Positions 15,701-30,700 are shown, counted from the stretch's first letter. The stretch: 64,000 bases of DNA from Ophelia neglecta (GCA_965285935.1 OZ260663.1:64356001-64420000); one strand, 5' to 3'. Notes: generated by a model from the sequence alone, not told the origin. A program made the numbers and translations.

Positions 15701-18700
15701 GTCTCTGGTGTCTGCCTTCACAGGCAGGTCACCAGTACTTCTAGAAACACTCTGGATTTTCTTGGCAGCCAATCAATATTCTTAGACCCAAATACCACCA
15801 GTGATTCTAGAACATGGTGCAATGAAAGCAGATGATGTTTTACTATTGTTTGCCAGCCAGTGTGAGGTGGTTACATAAAGACTGCTAATTTCTATAAGGA
15901 CTGATGTGTTGCACTCCTCAATAATCAAGGCCTGACTGCTTGGGAGCTGAGGTGATATACAAAGCAGATGGCGCATTCTCACCCACAACATCCCGGCTCC
16001 ATTGACCTCACTCTCTGATTTAATTACATCTTCAGGTGTGGATTAATAAAGATAGCTCTGTCTGCAAGAAACCAATTACATTATCAGCAATCTTGACAGC
16101 CATCAGGTATGGGCGATCTAATCACCATAGTTATTGAGCCTGTATTGATGTGTACAGTCAGCATGAGTTCTCTCCCCAGTTTGCCATCCAAACCAGAAAT
16201 CAGGCTGTTGTGAGCCTCTTGTGAGTTTGCCCTGGCTTGTAGTACTCTCGACTCACCAATTGCACAAGAGAATGTTTATTCTGCACACTTTACATTGCCA
16301 TGGATCAGCTAGAGCCATTACCTATGGTATTTCTCCGTCTTCGTTTTGGCAAGTGCTCCCTCTTTGGCCAAGTTGATTCGGCCAAACTATCCATCTGACT
16401 TGCAGATTATTGCTAAGTTTATGGCCAATTGGTGCAAGCACACCCCGATTCATTTTCTAAAGCTCAGCGGGACCATGTTGTTAATGCCACAGTGTTTTTC
16501 TTCCATGTATTGTTCAGCTTTTTGTCTAGTCCACTGTGCCTGTGTTGCCGGCACCATCAAAATATTTAGATAATAGCGAAGGCTTTAAAACATATGATGA
16601 ATAATTTAAGGGGGTTAAAAGGTATACTTCTGCAAACAAATCAGCCCTAGGCCAGCCACATTAAAATTTGATTGTATCTGCCATTACATGGGGCCTGATA
16701 TAGTGGTATGGTTTTCAGTGGTGACAGTTTAACCGTAGCCAATGGCGGCATTATGTAAGTTTAAACCAGGCGTACCAGTTCAGGTGTAATAATGTCTTAA
16801 AAATGGCTGACTAATTTAGCATGACAGGGTTGGTTCAAGCAGGAGGTGGAAGTGAGTATTAATTTATATAGAGGAAGATGTTAAGATGGCCGAGGTTGTG
16901 GGAGGGATGACACGGTGATTTGTCACTGCTGTCCTCGGGCTGACAGCTTTGTCCCAGTGGTCAGCCTGTCAGCTCCACACCCTCCATAGCCCCTAATATT
17001 CCTGGCCACATGAGGCCATCACCCCTTCCTCAATATCCACTTCTGTCTTTGTCCTCTACCAGGCTGTCTAGTAAAATTGCAATCATTGCAAACCAATGAT
17101 TGATTGCACGTTCATCTGTAGGGATGGACAAAGACATCAGAGATTAGACAAAGGTTTCAAATTCAGCTTTCGGATGCTGCTTGCATTTCCCAAATACAGG
17201 ACATGGCATGCTGCATGCTGTTGATCCTAAGTAAAGTTTAGGGATTTGGGATGTGATAAAAAATTGTCCAGTCATATTTACACAGCATTAAATTGACATT
17301 CTTCCCTTTGCATTGGAAGGTGAATAACAATAGCTGAGGTATAGAGCCCAACTGGTGCCATTCTGTCAACAGCATTGTGCAGGAGAAATATTCAATGTTT
17401 CCTGTCTGTTTTTCATTTAATGGTACCTTAGAGGGATGCTTTGGTTGTAGCCTGTACCATTAAAAGATATTATGTGTACATGCCCAACATGTGTGTGTTA
17501 GCCCGTGTGATTTGGGCAGGTGCGCACTGTCAGGATATGTGCCCGGCGTAAAGGAAATGTCTGTAACAGTACATGTCAATAAGCTTGAGCATTGACATTT
17601 AATGGTGTTGACAAAAATGGATAGCTGTGGACCTAGCCATATGAAATGGCAGCTGGGAGGCTAACTTCTAGGCACAGTGTTTACAGGGCGACACTTCACT
17701 GTCTAACGCCCTCCAAAATGACATCTGTCCATTCTCTCTTAAAACTCACACCATCCTGGCATGTGCTGAAATTTAAACCCCTAATTATAGTCTGGGTAAT
17801 AGGTTCTTCTGATGGCTGCCGGCACTGTCCATCATATTGTCGTCTGTATCATGCATGTCCAGTGAAATCTTAGCCAGCCTGCAAGCTGGCCAGGATGGAT
17901 GTGTCATGGCGTAGTCAGTGTAAATCATCCTTTTTGTGAACCCAGTTACTTGTATTGTCTGTGTATATGATGAAGGGTTCCTAGAAGAGTGACCTACAAG
18001 CTGACCCCTTGGGTATCCTGTCCTTGACAGGTGTTCAAGGACAATGGCAGATGGGCTTTCTGGGTTAGACAAAGTGGGTTACACCCTGTGGACGTGGCTG
18101 GCTGCTTTCTCGTCTGATCCTACAATTCTCTCTTCTCAACCACTCCCCAGCAGGCTGGCTCATCTGTCCCAAAACTCTCTCATTTCAACAGCAACTGAAC
18201 TGCCATATCAAAAGCAAGCCTTGGAATCCTATAGACACAAGGACAATACAAATCAATCATGTCTCCCATGTCTCAGGCACTTAATACGACTATAATACAA
18301 CACCCCAAAATTCTATCCTCATTATCCCTAGAAGATAATCGAAATCTGCTTTGGACCAATAGGCTTGCTCACTAAAGTTTGCCATGAGGTCACAGACAGT
18401 GAAATCCGCTGATCATTTTGAGAGGATCAAACTCGTTGGAGACAATGGAAGCTGAACTCTGGTCGACCATCAATTTGACAACTCCTATTATTCACCCTGT
18501 TATCTGAAGAGGATTCATGCAAATATCTTAATCACATAAAATCACTCAACTGTACACCAGTTTTGTGAGACTATTACATCAGAGAGAAGGAGTGTGATTA
18601 AGGAGGGGCTATTATAATAATCCATCAGAAACTGGTGAAAATTGCTTGTCTCTAAAGATATTATTGCTGCCTCTGTCATCATTGGGTTAGTTGTATACTT

Positions 18701-21700
18701 TTGAGAAGGTTGCATGTTTACTTCAAATTAGGAATGAAATCGACTTGACAATGTAGTTTGTCTCCTGGTGTTATCATCAAGGCAGTGAGGTTATATTTGG
18801 TCTGGCCCTGGTTAGACCAGATGAAAAATTCTTTGTTAGGAATTGCACCTGCTCAATGGAGTATCTTTAGCATTGTATTCTCAACTAGCTTTGTAGTACC
18901 ATTGTATGATCATGCAGCAGGATAATTAGACCAGGTCAACCTTACAAAAAACAAGGCCAGGTCAAACTTGTCAACCAGTTAAAATGTTATTCAAAGCAAT
19001 GGTCCTCTTTACACTTCTCAGAACATAGGTAAATGTATTAAAGCATGTATTTAATCACACATTCCAAAATCTGTTTATTATGGAACTAGGTAAATAGTTA
19101 AAAAGCTTCATGTCAAGGCTGTATGTTTTATCATTATTGCCCTAATGAGACATATTTCATCCTGAATAATTAAAGGGGGGAGGCCTTCTCTCATTTAATC
19201 ACTGTGAGGTGTGGTAGTGAGAAATGGGCCAATTTGTGAAGAGAGGGAGGCAGTGTGTATTGTGTGGAGGGGTCTGGGCCATTGTCAATGTCTGTAGCCT
19301 CGGGCGACACAGAACACGTACTACTAGATTGGAAAGGCCGGCAGACAGCCGACTCCTGGATAAGTTCAATTAATTGCCTCCTTCCCAGAATTTAATGTTA
19401 AATCCATGACTAACTGGATATGAGAGACTTTAAACTGGAAAGCAGTATTGGTACTTACTAGCAGCCCCACATTTTAGTTGCTTTTAATCACTGGTTGGAC
19501 GTTTGGTAATGAAGGAATGAGGTACATTTGTCATGTTCCCATTTCACTTGTCTTATCTGGCTGTCCACCAGTGTTAGGTACAGCTCCACACTAATTCCTG
19601 CACAATCTAAGAGGTGCTGTTATGTGCCCTGGTTGTCAACAGGCCTGTGGAATGACTTGGCTCCCAGGCTCAACACGCTCACAGTGTGGGTGTCACTAGG
19701 ATTGACCAAAGAAAACATCAAATGGAATGACCTTCCTGCTTGCCAAATGCCTGGAACTGTGGAATATTCCCATATTTCCCTTCTTAATGACCAAGATGAT
19801 TGCTGTGGCAGAATAAATTTGGAGCAAGTCTTTGGTTGTTTCTTTGTAGCGATAGCTGACCCAATTTAGAATTGAGATCATAAGCTCAATCTTTGATGGA
19901 GCATGTTGTATTGGACTTGGTAATATTATACTTGCTTGCCAGATCTGTGAAATATGAATGATTTGCAGATGAATACAGGATGTCAGAATGTGGGTAAGGG
20001 TACGCCTGTCTTCTAAACGTCCGTCCGTCTGCTCTGACCACAAAGACTTGTACCACCCTCTTTCCAAGCTGGTATTAAAAGCTCACCTTCAAAGTGTTCA
20101 GTAGATGCCATGGCACTAATGACGAATTTTAATCAATTAAAGAGAGAGCCTACTGGGCACAATTGAGTGTCCTAATAATGATTTGAGCTCCAAGGGGAAT
20201 TGTGTTCATGGTTGATGACCTTTCCCAGCCCCCTTGCCATCTGATCTTTTCGCTGACATTTGTCTTCCTTCCTTTCCTCTTGGATGTGAGTAATGTCCTG
20301 TTCAACCTTGTATTATCAGCCGTTACTTATCATCGTGAATTTATTGAGTCTTTTCATGATATGCATATTGTTATTTTATGCTAGCCAGTATGGTTATGAC
20401 ATATTTGGTCTTCTCCTTTGTGTTCTTCAGTCTATATGACTAAAAGAGAGGATTTTCTGGTCAAAAGTTCATATTGCATAAAGTGAAGAATTCCACAAAA
20501 ATTACAAAAGAATATGGTGGTAATGATGTTACTGATGTAGTAATGTTACTCCAAGAGGTGGTTAACATCAGGTGAAGTTTGTATTATTTCGTATACAGCG
20601 GTGGCTTTCAAAATTCAGTTTGTTGGCTGGCACAAACTGTGGGGCTCAGCTGGCAGGAGGACCTTGGGCGAGCAATGCTGGGATTGCTCCCCGTGACACA
20701 GTATATGTACGATGATTGCCAGTTTACCATGGCCTGTGGCTCTTTCCATACCCAGGCTGTTCATGTTATAGTGGGGAGTTCACATATTTGATTCCAATAA
20801 ATTCTGTTTTCTCTGAGGATCTGCATTAACCATGTCTGAATTAGTTGTTGACTTTATGAGGTGAGTGTGGGCCATTGTTGATCAAACCAACACATTCTGT
20901 CTTTTTTTGAAGGCATTAGGAACTGAGGAAATATTCCCATGCATTCATTGGCATTCTCCATTTTGCCCTGAATTCTCATTTACAGATGATTTATGCTGAC
21001 TAAGAATTCCCTTTCATTGAGTTGATGCCTACTCAATGATGTGATTTAAACAATTGCCATATTTTATCAATGTCAAAGCTTCATAGAGAGGCGCCCCAAC
21101 TTACAAAGCTGTCAGGAAACATTGTCAACAGAAAATTGATGGGCCTTGGTTTAAGCTTATATTATAATTTCATTGATCATTTGACTAAATATAGTCTGAG
21201 AATATTGAGAGAGTTTGGCAATTTGCCAATATTCATTGCTATTCATCAAATGGTCATAATCCATATATTTCGACCCAAATCGGAGCAGTTGTGATTGGGT
21301 GTAGTTGTTCTTTCAGGGCACGTAATCCTTTCTGCTGTTTTGTAGTTCATTGCTTTCAGCGCTCAGAGCAAAGTGTTTGTATTCGTCACACAATCTGAGC
21401 ATGATTTTTGTAGGCTATTGTTATCTAGTCAAGTTGAGTTTTTTTGGGGGGGGTTTCAGAATCTATTTTCACTTGGCCCAAATGTCATAAACAGATTTAA
21501 TGACAATAACTTAGTGTGTCGAACAAAACTCTAATTATCATGATCAGGAGTGTTCTAGGCACATCAGAATAACAGATGAGAGACAATACTGGAGCCCACA
21601 CCCTGGTTAGAGCTAGATGTTAGCATACAAGCTGTACAGTATGCAGAGAGAGGCATGTCTTTAATACTAGGATAAGAGGAGATCAAATGATCCAGCAACG

Positions 21701-24700
21701 CTTTCGTCCATCCTCTGTGGCTGAGGCCATCTGAATGACCCGGCCGCTACACCAGCTTTGAGGGTCTTCCCTCGGTAATTGACAATCAGGCCATTTCCAT
21801 TCCCCTGAATTGGTTAGCATGCTTTGGCTTCTTAGGGGGAGCCTGCCACCTGCCTTGCAGTAACTCACAGCCTGGCTGCAATCTCACTATATTTTACCAT
21901 CAATCAGGACTCCAGTTTTTTACAGGTAATCATCTGTGATCTTTATAAACCCAGCACAACATTCCCCTTGTCATCTCTAACTCAATAATGCTGATGCTGT
22001 TTTTATGATAACATAAAAAAGTACAAATATTATGATATATTAGCATTTATGAATAATATGCTAACTTTGAAGTTTTTTTCACAAACTTTTGTGGCTATAA
22101 ATTAAAATGACTATCATTGATACCAAATACATGTAGAAGATAATTACGGTTATAAGAGACGAGAATATCAATGTTGGCTGATTTGACTCCTTAGACTAGT
22201 TATATAGATGACACTAATCTGGGTTTAGAGACTCAGTTCCTGACTTGGGCACAAATGGAAAGAGGTGCTAAATGTGTCCCAAATTAAGTTTATTACCCCT
22301 GGATATAGGCTGAAATTGTGATATATAACTTTGTTGTCAGCTGTGCTAACATGTTGTGACTGGGTGATTTGGGGGCAGGAAGGCTGTTCCATGCCTCTCT
22401 AACACTGTTCACAGTCCTGTGTGATGGATTCATCAGCTTCAGACAACTCCAGAGAGGGATGGAGAGAACTTGGAGGCACGTGCCCTGGACGTGAAGAAAT
22501 GAAACCCGCGATTAGTGCTGGCTCCATTCATTAGATTGTGATGGAGTGGCTTTGTTCAAAGGTGGTGGATGGCAGGGATCACCCTGTCTTGTTTACCTCT
22601 CACTAGCAATGGCAGGGCCTGGCAATAATGGGAATTAATATTGTAGTCCGAAGACTGTGTTTGACAGCCTGGCACCAGATTTGGTGTCTAATCTCAGTGG
22701 TGTGTGTAGGGAAAGCTCTGCAATAATGCAGGCTCTTAAAGGCACAGTATAAGGTGTAATGTGAGGCGGTAAACTGTGCTCAGCCCACATAATACAACCT
22801 CTGATGTCCCAATCTATAGGCTTTAATAGCAGGGACCCTATTCAGGTGAGAGGGGATGTATACTGTTATGGGCACATTTTCCTCCCCTAAAGTACTATAG
22901 AGTGCATATTGATGTTAGACCAGTTCTCGGGGAGATGGTGTCCATCCCAAGAGGTAATCACTGTTCCTATGAGGCCTCCTTCTGTGGCCAAGGGCATGAC
23001 TCACTTGCCCTGGCTGACAAGTTCTTGTCCTTGTGCTGGTCATGCAAGGGCGCTCTGCTTCCTACAACTATTGAGCCCAATAGATTGCCCAAATCTTTCC
23101 ATTACTATTGGCATTTCATGATCCCAATATCTACTTCTATCAGGCATCTATCTGAACATGGGTGATGAGATTTGCCCTTGTTCATGGGACTTGAAGCAGA
23201 TTGAGCAGTCTGCTCCTTTGGACTGTCCATAAAACCCCCTAGCCATTTTTTGGCTGCCTCTGCTTGGGGCTGGGCAGTGTGCACACTCTGGGATGATGCT
23301 GATGCTGCTGTGGCCAGCAAGTGGCACGTCTTACTGAGAGAGCATCTCCTGGGAATGGTGGACTACAGGCAGGTGTATCAGGACATCACACTCTGCTTTA
23401 ATTGAGCTAAGCGCTAATTGTTAAGGTAGGTCTCTGATGGCTTGATGTAGGTTGGCAGGCTCATTGGCCTGTCACTGCTCATCACATGAATATTGAGCAG
23501 TCGCCATCTTGTGTACAGTCTTTAGGGAATGCCAATAATGTTCCTGTGAGTTACCATACTTACAATGTGCCATGCATGCTGTCTACCACCCTGTGCCTTG
23601 CAGACCTTCTGCTCCTGGTTCATCTGTCTTGCTGTAACTAGATTTCTGTTGCTAATGTCTCCATAATGGAGTATGGGAATGGAAATTGGCTGTTCCATTT
23701 TGTGAGTGTGTCTAATGAAAATGCTGTCACTTTCTTCCATAGTATTCCATGCAACCTGCCCCATTATTCAGTAAGAATTAGATGGATGATGACCGGTTTA
23801 TGACTGGTGTGCAGCAATTGGTGGGTGTCTGGTTCTTCTCATTAGCTGGCTTTGTGAGCTGTGTGTCATATAGGTTCTGACTTTGAGTAGCTATTGTAGT
23901 CACTCAAAGCAATACCAAGTATTGCTTCTCCACTCTTGAGTCCTCGTCTTCATATCTTGACCTTGTGGCACCTTACTTTGTCCTTCATATAACATGTCAT
24001 ATGCAGTAGACATTGAAGAACCACAGATTGGTCTCATTAAGACCTGTCGTTTATTTTTAATGCATGTCGGCCATTTTATTAGGGTTTTTGTAAGAAACGC
24101 TGCCTGCAGCCATATCATAATGTTTTTCCAATGGGTCACCCTTGTTCTAGGAAGCAGGTGGGAAGCCGTGAAGAGAATAAGTCAGAAGGTGTCTACAGAG
24201 CTGTATTTTATGGCTAGCATTGTGCTACTATCTCATTTTATTGCTGATCTTTGATGGCAACCACCATCTCCTGAATACAGAACTAGAGTGCAATGTACCA
24301 GACTTATTTATCAGTCATAGGACCACGCTACCGATTTGGCAAGAAAAAGGTCTGCTCAATAAAAGGCAGCGGACTGCAATGCTCCATGATTCAGTAGATA
24401 TTGAATCGCTGGCAGATAATCACATCAATGGAGGGAGTGCTCATCTCAACTATCCCTAGCTCAAAAGCCAAATGATGTAGTCTAGCGCGGATTGCGTGTA
24501 ATGTTCTGTTCTGGCACTCAGGTTTGTGCCGTTGGTTCCCTGTTTGGCTTCTCTTTTATATCATTACACTCCATCTTCAGTCACCTCAGACAGCCTTTTC
24601 ATGATCCCAGGCCCCTCGGTGTACCTCTATGACACCTCCGCTCTGATATATTGGAAGGAGCTGCAGGATTTGGGGCTGGGACGACTTTGAGCTGGGTTTG

Positions 24701-27700
24701 GGGCTGGGAGGACCTTGAGCTGGGTTTGGGGATTGGGGCTGGGAGGACTTTGAGCGGGGTTTGGGGTTTGGGGCTGGGAGGACTTTGAGCTGGGTTTGGG
24801 GTCGAGCTGGGTTTGGGGTTTGGGGCTGGGAGGACTTTGAGCTGGGTTTGGGGCTTGGGGCTGGGAGGACTTTGAGCTGGGTTTGGGGCTTGGGGCTGTG
24901 AGGACTTTTAGCTGTCTTATGGGCTGGGAGGACATTGAACTGGGTTTGCCGCTGGGTGGACTTTGAGCTGGGTTTGGGACTGGAAGGACTGTGAGCGGGG
25001 TTTGCCGCTGGGTGGATTTTGAGCTGGGTTTGGGACTGGAAGGACTGTGAGCGGGGTTTGCCGCTGGGTGGATTTTGAGCTGGGTTTGAGGCTGGGAGGA
25101 CTTTGAGCTGGGTTTGGGGCTGGGAGGACTAAGAGCTGGGTTTATATATGGGTGGACTTTGAGCTGAGCTTAGGGATGGGTTGACTTTCAGTTCATAATA
25201 ACTCTATAATCTTTACTCTCAGGCCATATGATATAGTATTCTGCCTGATAAATGTGGACAGTGGCAGCTACGGTAAACTGAACTACCCACAATCTCCTGA
25301 GCATTCAATGATTACACTCACTTGATTTGATTCCCTAAAAATGTGTTTTTGTAATTTATGTTCCAAAGGACTGGAGTGACTTCAGGTACTCTTATTGCAT
25401 GATTATCTCCCATTACTCTGGATTGCACTGGCCAACCAGAGGGTAAAATATATTACTATTGGCTCATTATATAGTGGCTTTTATTTTCAGGGTTTCAATC
25501 AGGCATAGCAAACTTTGTTAACAGAAAATATGTCGACTAGCGTGCATATGAACTTGAATTTTATTTCTGTTTTTTACCTTTGATAGAAACATAATAATTC
25601 CTCAAATACCACAAACAAGAGATGATAAAAGGTTTTAGGTCTATTATTGTATAGTGAGTGAATAAATGTTGTCTACTTGTAAAAATTAAAGATTAATGGT
25701 ATTTATATGTCTTTGTGGCAGATAGTCCGTTTGTGATTTATTTACTGACATATTTTATGTTTTCTTTGATACTTTGTTTGCTCTGTGCTAATGTGTTTGT
25801 TTTTTTTCGCAGGTTGTGCATTTGTGAAGTTTAGTAGCCACACGGAGGCACAGGCGGCTATCAATGCTCTCCATGGAAGTCAGACAATGCCGGTAAGCCG
25901 ACCCACCTGCGCCACTTCTACACCTCTAAGCATGACCTCAGATTCTGTAAAATATTTCGCACCCACTTCAACATCAGTACTCGCATGATGCTACCACCAG
26001 GGTGTGCACTGGGCCCGTTCCATACAAGATATATGATGTCTCCATTATTTATTGTAGACACAATGGGCATGAGCAAATTACCAGCACACATGCTTTCTGA
26101 CTCTTAAAATATTCATCAACCAAATTTTGTAATCTAGACAGGCACTGGGTCCCAATCATTAATACTGGCCCAAAAAGCATTTTATTTTAAATATTTAAAA
26201 CTTTTAGTAAGATAAATTTAAATTCATTTGAGACTCAAACTTTTTTTAATATAGAAAGACAACTTATAAATTCTTTGAACAATTATTATTAAAAATGCAC
26301 AACCCTTGGTAGCATCATATCCCAATAGCACATAAATTTGTTTCCCAGTACACTCACTAGCAATGTATTATTAATATCAACAATTTCTGTTGTTCATCAA
26401 CATGACAGAATGCAAGCTTTGTAAGTATATTCTGAACTATTGGCAGTATTGTAACGCGTTTTTGGTTGAACATTCTGACAAGCATTAATAACGGCTTTGG
26501 CTCACTAGGGTTATGGTTCATAATTATTGTCAAATTCAATATTGTGCATCATGGTTTTACTCATTTCTTTAAAATATAGGCCTTAGGATGGTAGAAATGG
26601 TGTTGTACTATTCTCTGGCTTAGCGGGGTTTTCTACTACTGAATTTTCTTTCACTCATTGTAATTCCTATCATTTTATGATTCTTTGGCATCTTGAATTG
26701 TCACTGTAAACCCTGGTTTGTCAATTCAGTGTTGTTCGTGATAATGAGACACCTTACGAAAATTATTTTGCTCTAATTTGGTGATCAAATATAAGATGTT
26801 GTAAGCTTTTACATGGTTAGCTAAGTTTGAAATTTTTGTTGGGTGAAATTATTTGAAGACTTATGTTACCCACCATAAAATAAACACAACAATCCTACAT
26901 CCACCTTGGTTAACCCCTGGCTTCTTGGTTACTATCAGAATCGTGGTAAATCACTTGTAGATTGAGATTTTCTGTAGGGAAAGGGTTAAGGGTCAACAGA
27001 CTTACATGTACCCTTGAAGGGCCAAAAGGGTTCCATTAAGTTGAGATGCAGCCCCTAGACATGGCACCATAGCACTGCAGTGCCTCTGCACCCAGTAAAA
27101 GCCACCGGAACAGGACGAAAATACCTCAAGTGATAAGGATAAGGAAATGTCCAGGAAGTTTACTAGCTGAGCATAAAAGCCTGATAAATCTCCAGATATC
27201 AGCTCCCTCAGCATTCTACTAATATCCAGGGTCTAAGTGCGTTGAGATAGGAATCCCCGAGAGGCCTCCGCTGATTGATCTGCTGCTCACCCTATCAGGA
27301 CCCGCCCTGTAATGATCTAATGGAGATGAGACAATAGCTAGATATGGGTGTGGTCCTCTTTTTCCCCTTCACATGCCACGTATTACCTGTCAGATGAGAT
27401 GTAGATTTTTATTGAATCCCAGCCCTCTCACCTGTATGAGATTAAATCTCTGTGTCTATATATATATATGAATCCCTGCCATGCAAAAGAACCTTTGAAA
27501 ATATATAGGTATTAATAATAGGCATTTGCTGGACCATTGCAGCTATCAACAGTTCTAAATGTCACTGCCTTCTCAGAAACAGTTGTATGAGAGCTGTCAA
27601 TAGCACAAACCTGGGACTTGGTGATTAATATGTCATAGAGGATTGTGGGAAGTACGCCTTCAGCTGATGAAGTCTTTCTGCTTTTGACATAGAAATCCAG

Positions 27701-30700
27701 GCAAAAAAAAGGAGTTAAAGCAGGCATGGACTATGTAGTTCTGATGTAAGGCAGGTGAAATGGGGTGGGGGTAGTGATGTTGGGCTGTTGAATGGGTTGA
27801 CCGAGGGAGTTGAGCTAATTGATGTATTGGGCCATTAGGTGGTATTTGGGCCGAGTGATCGGTGGTACTTGCTCAGAATTATGACAGCCTCTAGCCATGG
27901 CAGCACCTTCTCTATCCCCCAGCCTTCCGCCTGCTAGGTCGCGATTTACCACCCTCGGCCTCGCCTTTTGCCTCGGGGACCGGGCAAGACATTCGTAGAT
28001 AATGTTTCAATTACAATACATGCTGCTGGTTGGGCATGAAATGTGACCATGCTACTTGGCCTTGTCAGTGTAAGAAGGTAAGTCTTTGAAGCAGGGGACA
28101 AGTCTCAGCCCCCATACATATATAATAAACCCTATGATGAATGGGCCATGAGAAACAGGCCTTCCCCTGGGCCTGACAGCCTTAAAGGCAAGGTTACTCT
28201 GGCTTGACTGAGCAAACTTTATGGAGTTAAACCCCTTCCATGTTATACTGGCAGTACACGCACTGTGGTTCAGTGCCAAACTTTTCCCTGGGTAGTAGTT
28301 TGCAAGAAAATCTTCCATAACTGTGAAAACTTGGGATTGAGATAACTGTATTTATCGGCCTTCATATAAAATTTAATGCTCTTAGGAAAAGAGATTTTGG
28401 CTGTGTCTAGTGCCCTGAACATTGGAAGGCACTCCCAAATTGCCCTATAGTTGGTGTTAGGTACATTTATGGTCTGAAGCCCTGTCATCAGTGCCTGATG
28501 TAAATGTGCTCCAGTCTCCCTAAGCAGTATGATTAGTTGGTGGCCTTTTACTACTGCCATACAAGATGTCTGTGCCTGTGTGGGACAGTGTTTTACCAAG
28601 AGGGGTTAGCCATGTCCCATGATATATGGAGATTATCCCTACACGCATCTACCATATGGATCAATAAATGTAATATAGATTGGTTTTCAAGCCATGGAAG
28701 GCGACATGAAGTAAATAATGACAGTGTCAGCCTCAGTGCAATGTAAGAATGTGGGAGGAGTGCTATCCGGAGTGAGCCAGCCACCATACTGGAGGGCCAG
28801 ATCTTCAATGAATACATTCTCTGGCAGTTAAGTCACTGCCAGCTCCTTCTAAGCATGATTGATGTTCAAATCTGTAATCTACATTTCTACATCTATGAAC
28901 AAAATCACTGGCATGGGTGCTTCTACTTGACCGAAGATGTTAGAATATAGACTGGCCCATCAAATATGTATGCGTTGTAAGTTGACTGGTGTTGTTGCCT
29001 TATGGCCCACTCTGTGTCACACAAACACTTGGTCTCCATACTTACTCAGCCTGATATAATTGATTGTCTGAATTCCCTCAGTGACAATCTGTCGTTTTTC
29101 CCTGGCAGAGAGGGCTCAGTGGCAGACAAATCAAATATGGCTATCTCCAGCTTCCTGTCCAAGGTCTTGGCCATCACATTAAATACCCTGACTCCTGCAG
29201 CAGTAAACTGCCAAAGTCAACCCAAAGTTAGTGAATTTTATTTGAGATGTCACTGCATTCTGGCCATTCTTTAAAGCATTTTTAGCCTCTGTGCCAATGT
29301 GGTAATGGAAATATAAAGGACATGCTTCTTGCCTGCTCTTTTCCAATGACACATCAAATTGGAGAAGAGATAGCCAGGGGAGAGTGGTAAACACAAGCTG
29401 ACAGCTCACAGGCAAGTCATGCAAGGAAATCAGGCCGGCTTTGACTAGCCTGCTAGTTTTGTTTAGTCACTGGTGGTTTTTCTATAACAGGCCCCGATTG
29501 CACAGACCTGTGGGCCCATAAATGTAACTCCTAATCAAAGAGAAACGCAAATCGAAAAACGGTTCCATCTGAATGTAGATTGAGAAAACTGGAGTGTAGA
29601 ACAGAGGAGGCGTACATGTATCTCCACCTGGTAGGTCGGGGAGGCCTATTTACTCGGACTTGTAAGTGCCTTTTTCTAGCTATGAGGGGCCATACATTTT
29701 ACATGAGCAGGTATTGAATGTACTTGTAGTAGACAAACCCAAGCTCTCTCAGCCTCCACATCAAGACTTTGATGTACTTTGATGTGCTGTGGGGCGTTCT
29801 AATCGTGACACTTAGGAGCTATCCATTATGAGGGCAAGCCCAGGGAAACAATGTGTTGGCAGTGGGATTGTACAGGGCCTGTACAGACCATACTAATTAA
29901 TATGTATTTGCTTGTTGCATATTTCAAGAGATGAACATTGCTGTATTGATTAACATTATGGTATTAGACATTGTACAGCATCCTTGTATAAGTGTGCATT
30001 ACATTACGCCCATGTGTTCCTCCTAACTACAGGTAAGGCATGTATCCGAGTGTATATATTGCCAACTAATCTGCTTTTTATAGCTAAATGCCTCCAACCA
30101 CCTACTAGTAGTGAACTGATTGTATATGCCTACTGTAGCAGTTTTGCCTTGTATGAGCTTGTATGAGATTTCCATGGGTTTCCATGGCTGTGGAAACCTG
30201 GCTAGGAGTCGTTTACCTATGTGGCCCAATAATGGGGCCAATTTTGCCAGAAAGAAATTAGGACTCCATGTATAGGCTGTGATTAAGGAAGCCAATAAGG
30301 AGGTTTATAGAATCCAGCTACATACATGGACACTGTGACTTCAGCAGCATATTGTAAATAACGGCAACAGATGCTGTGGACAACTGAGATTTATTCTATT
30401 GATAAATCCTTAATGATTATTCTTGAACATCAAAGCACAGATAAAATTTGCAATTGATACTTTAAAGGTGTGCATATTGATGTTTGCAAACAGAGTTGCG
30501 CTATTAATGCCGTTTAATATTCTTTGTCATAATTCAGGAACAAACCCATCCAGGTGCACAGCTGCAAAAAAATGATAACCAGATTGATTTTAACTACAGG
30601 GTTTGCAACTTAGAGGATACATTTCTAATGTGCAATAGTACCATTTACATCTGAGGAATATAAAGTGGTCTTAGTACTCCATCATTTTTTATCAAATTCA

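Noticed and set aside
24627-24935. 102-aa P/S/Q-rich ORF on the minus strand
   Set aside because: It is simply the translation of the G-rich minisatellite.
24666-25188. CRISPR-like or interstitial telomere array
   Set aside because: The units are contiguous without unique spacers, the context is eukaryotic, and the motif is not the metazoan TTAGGG.
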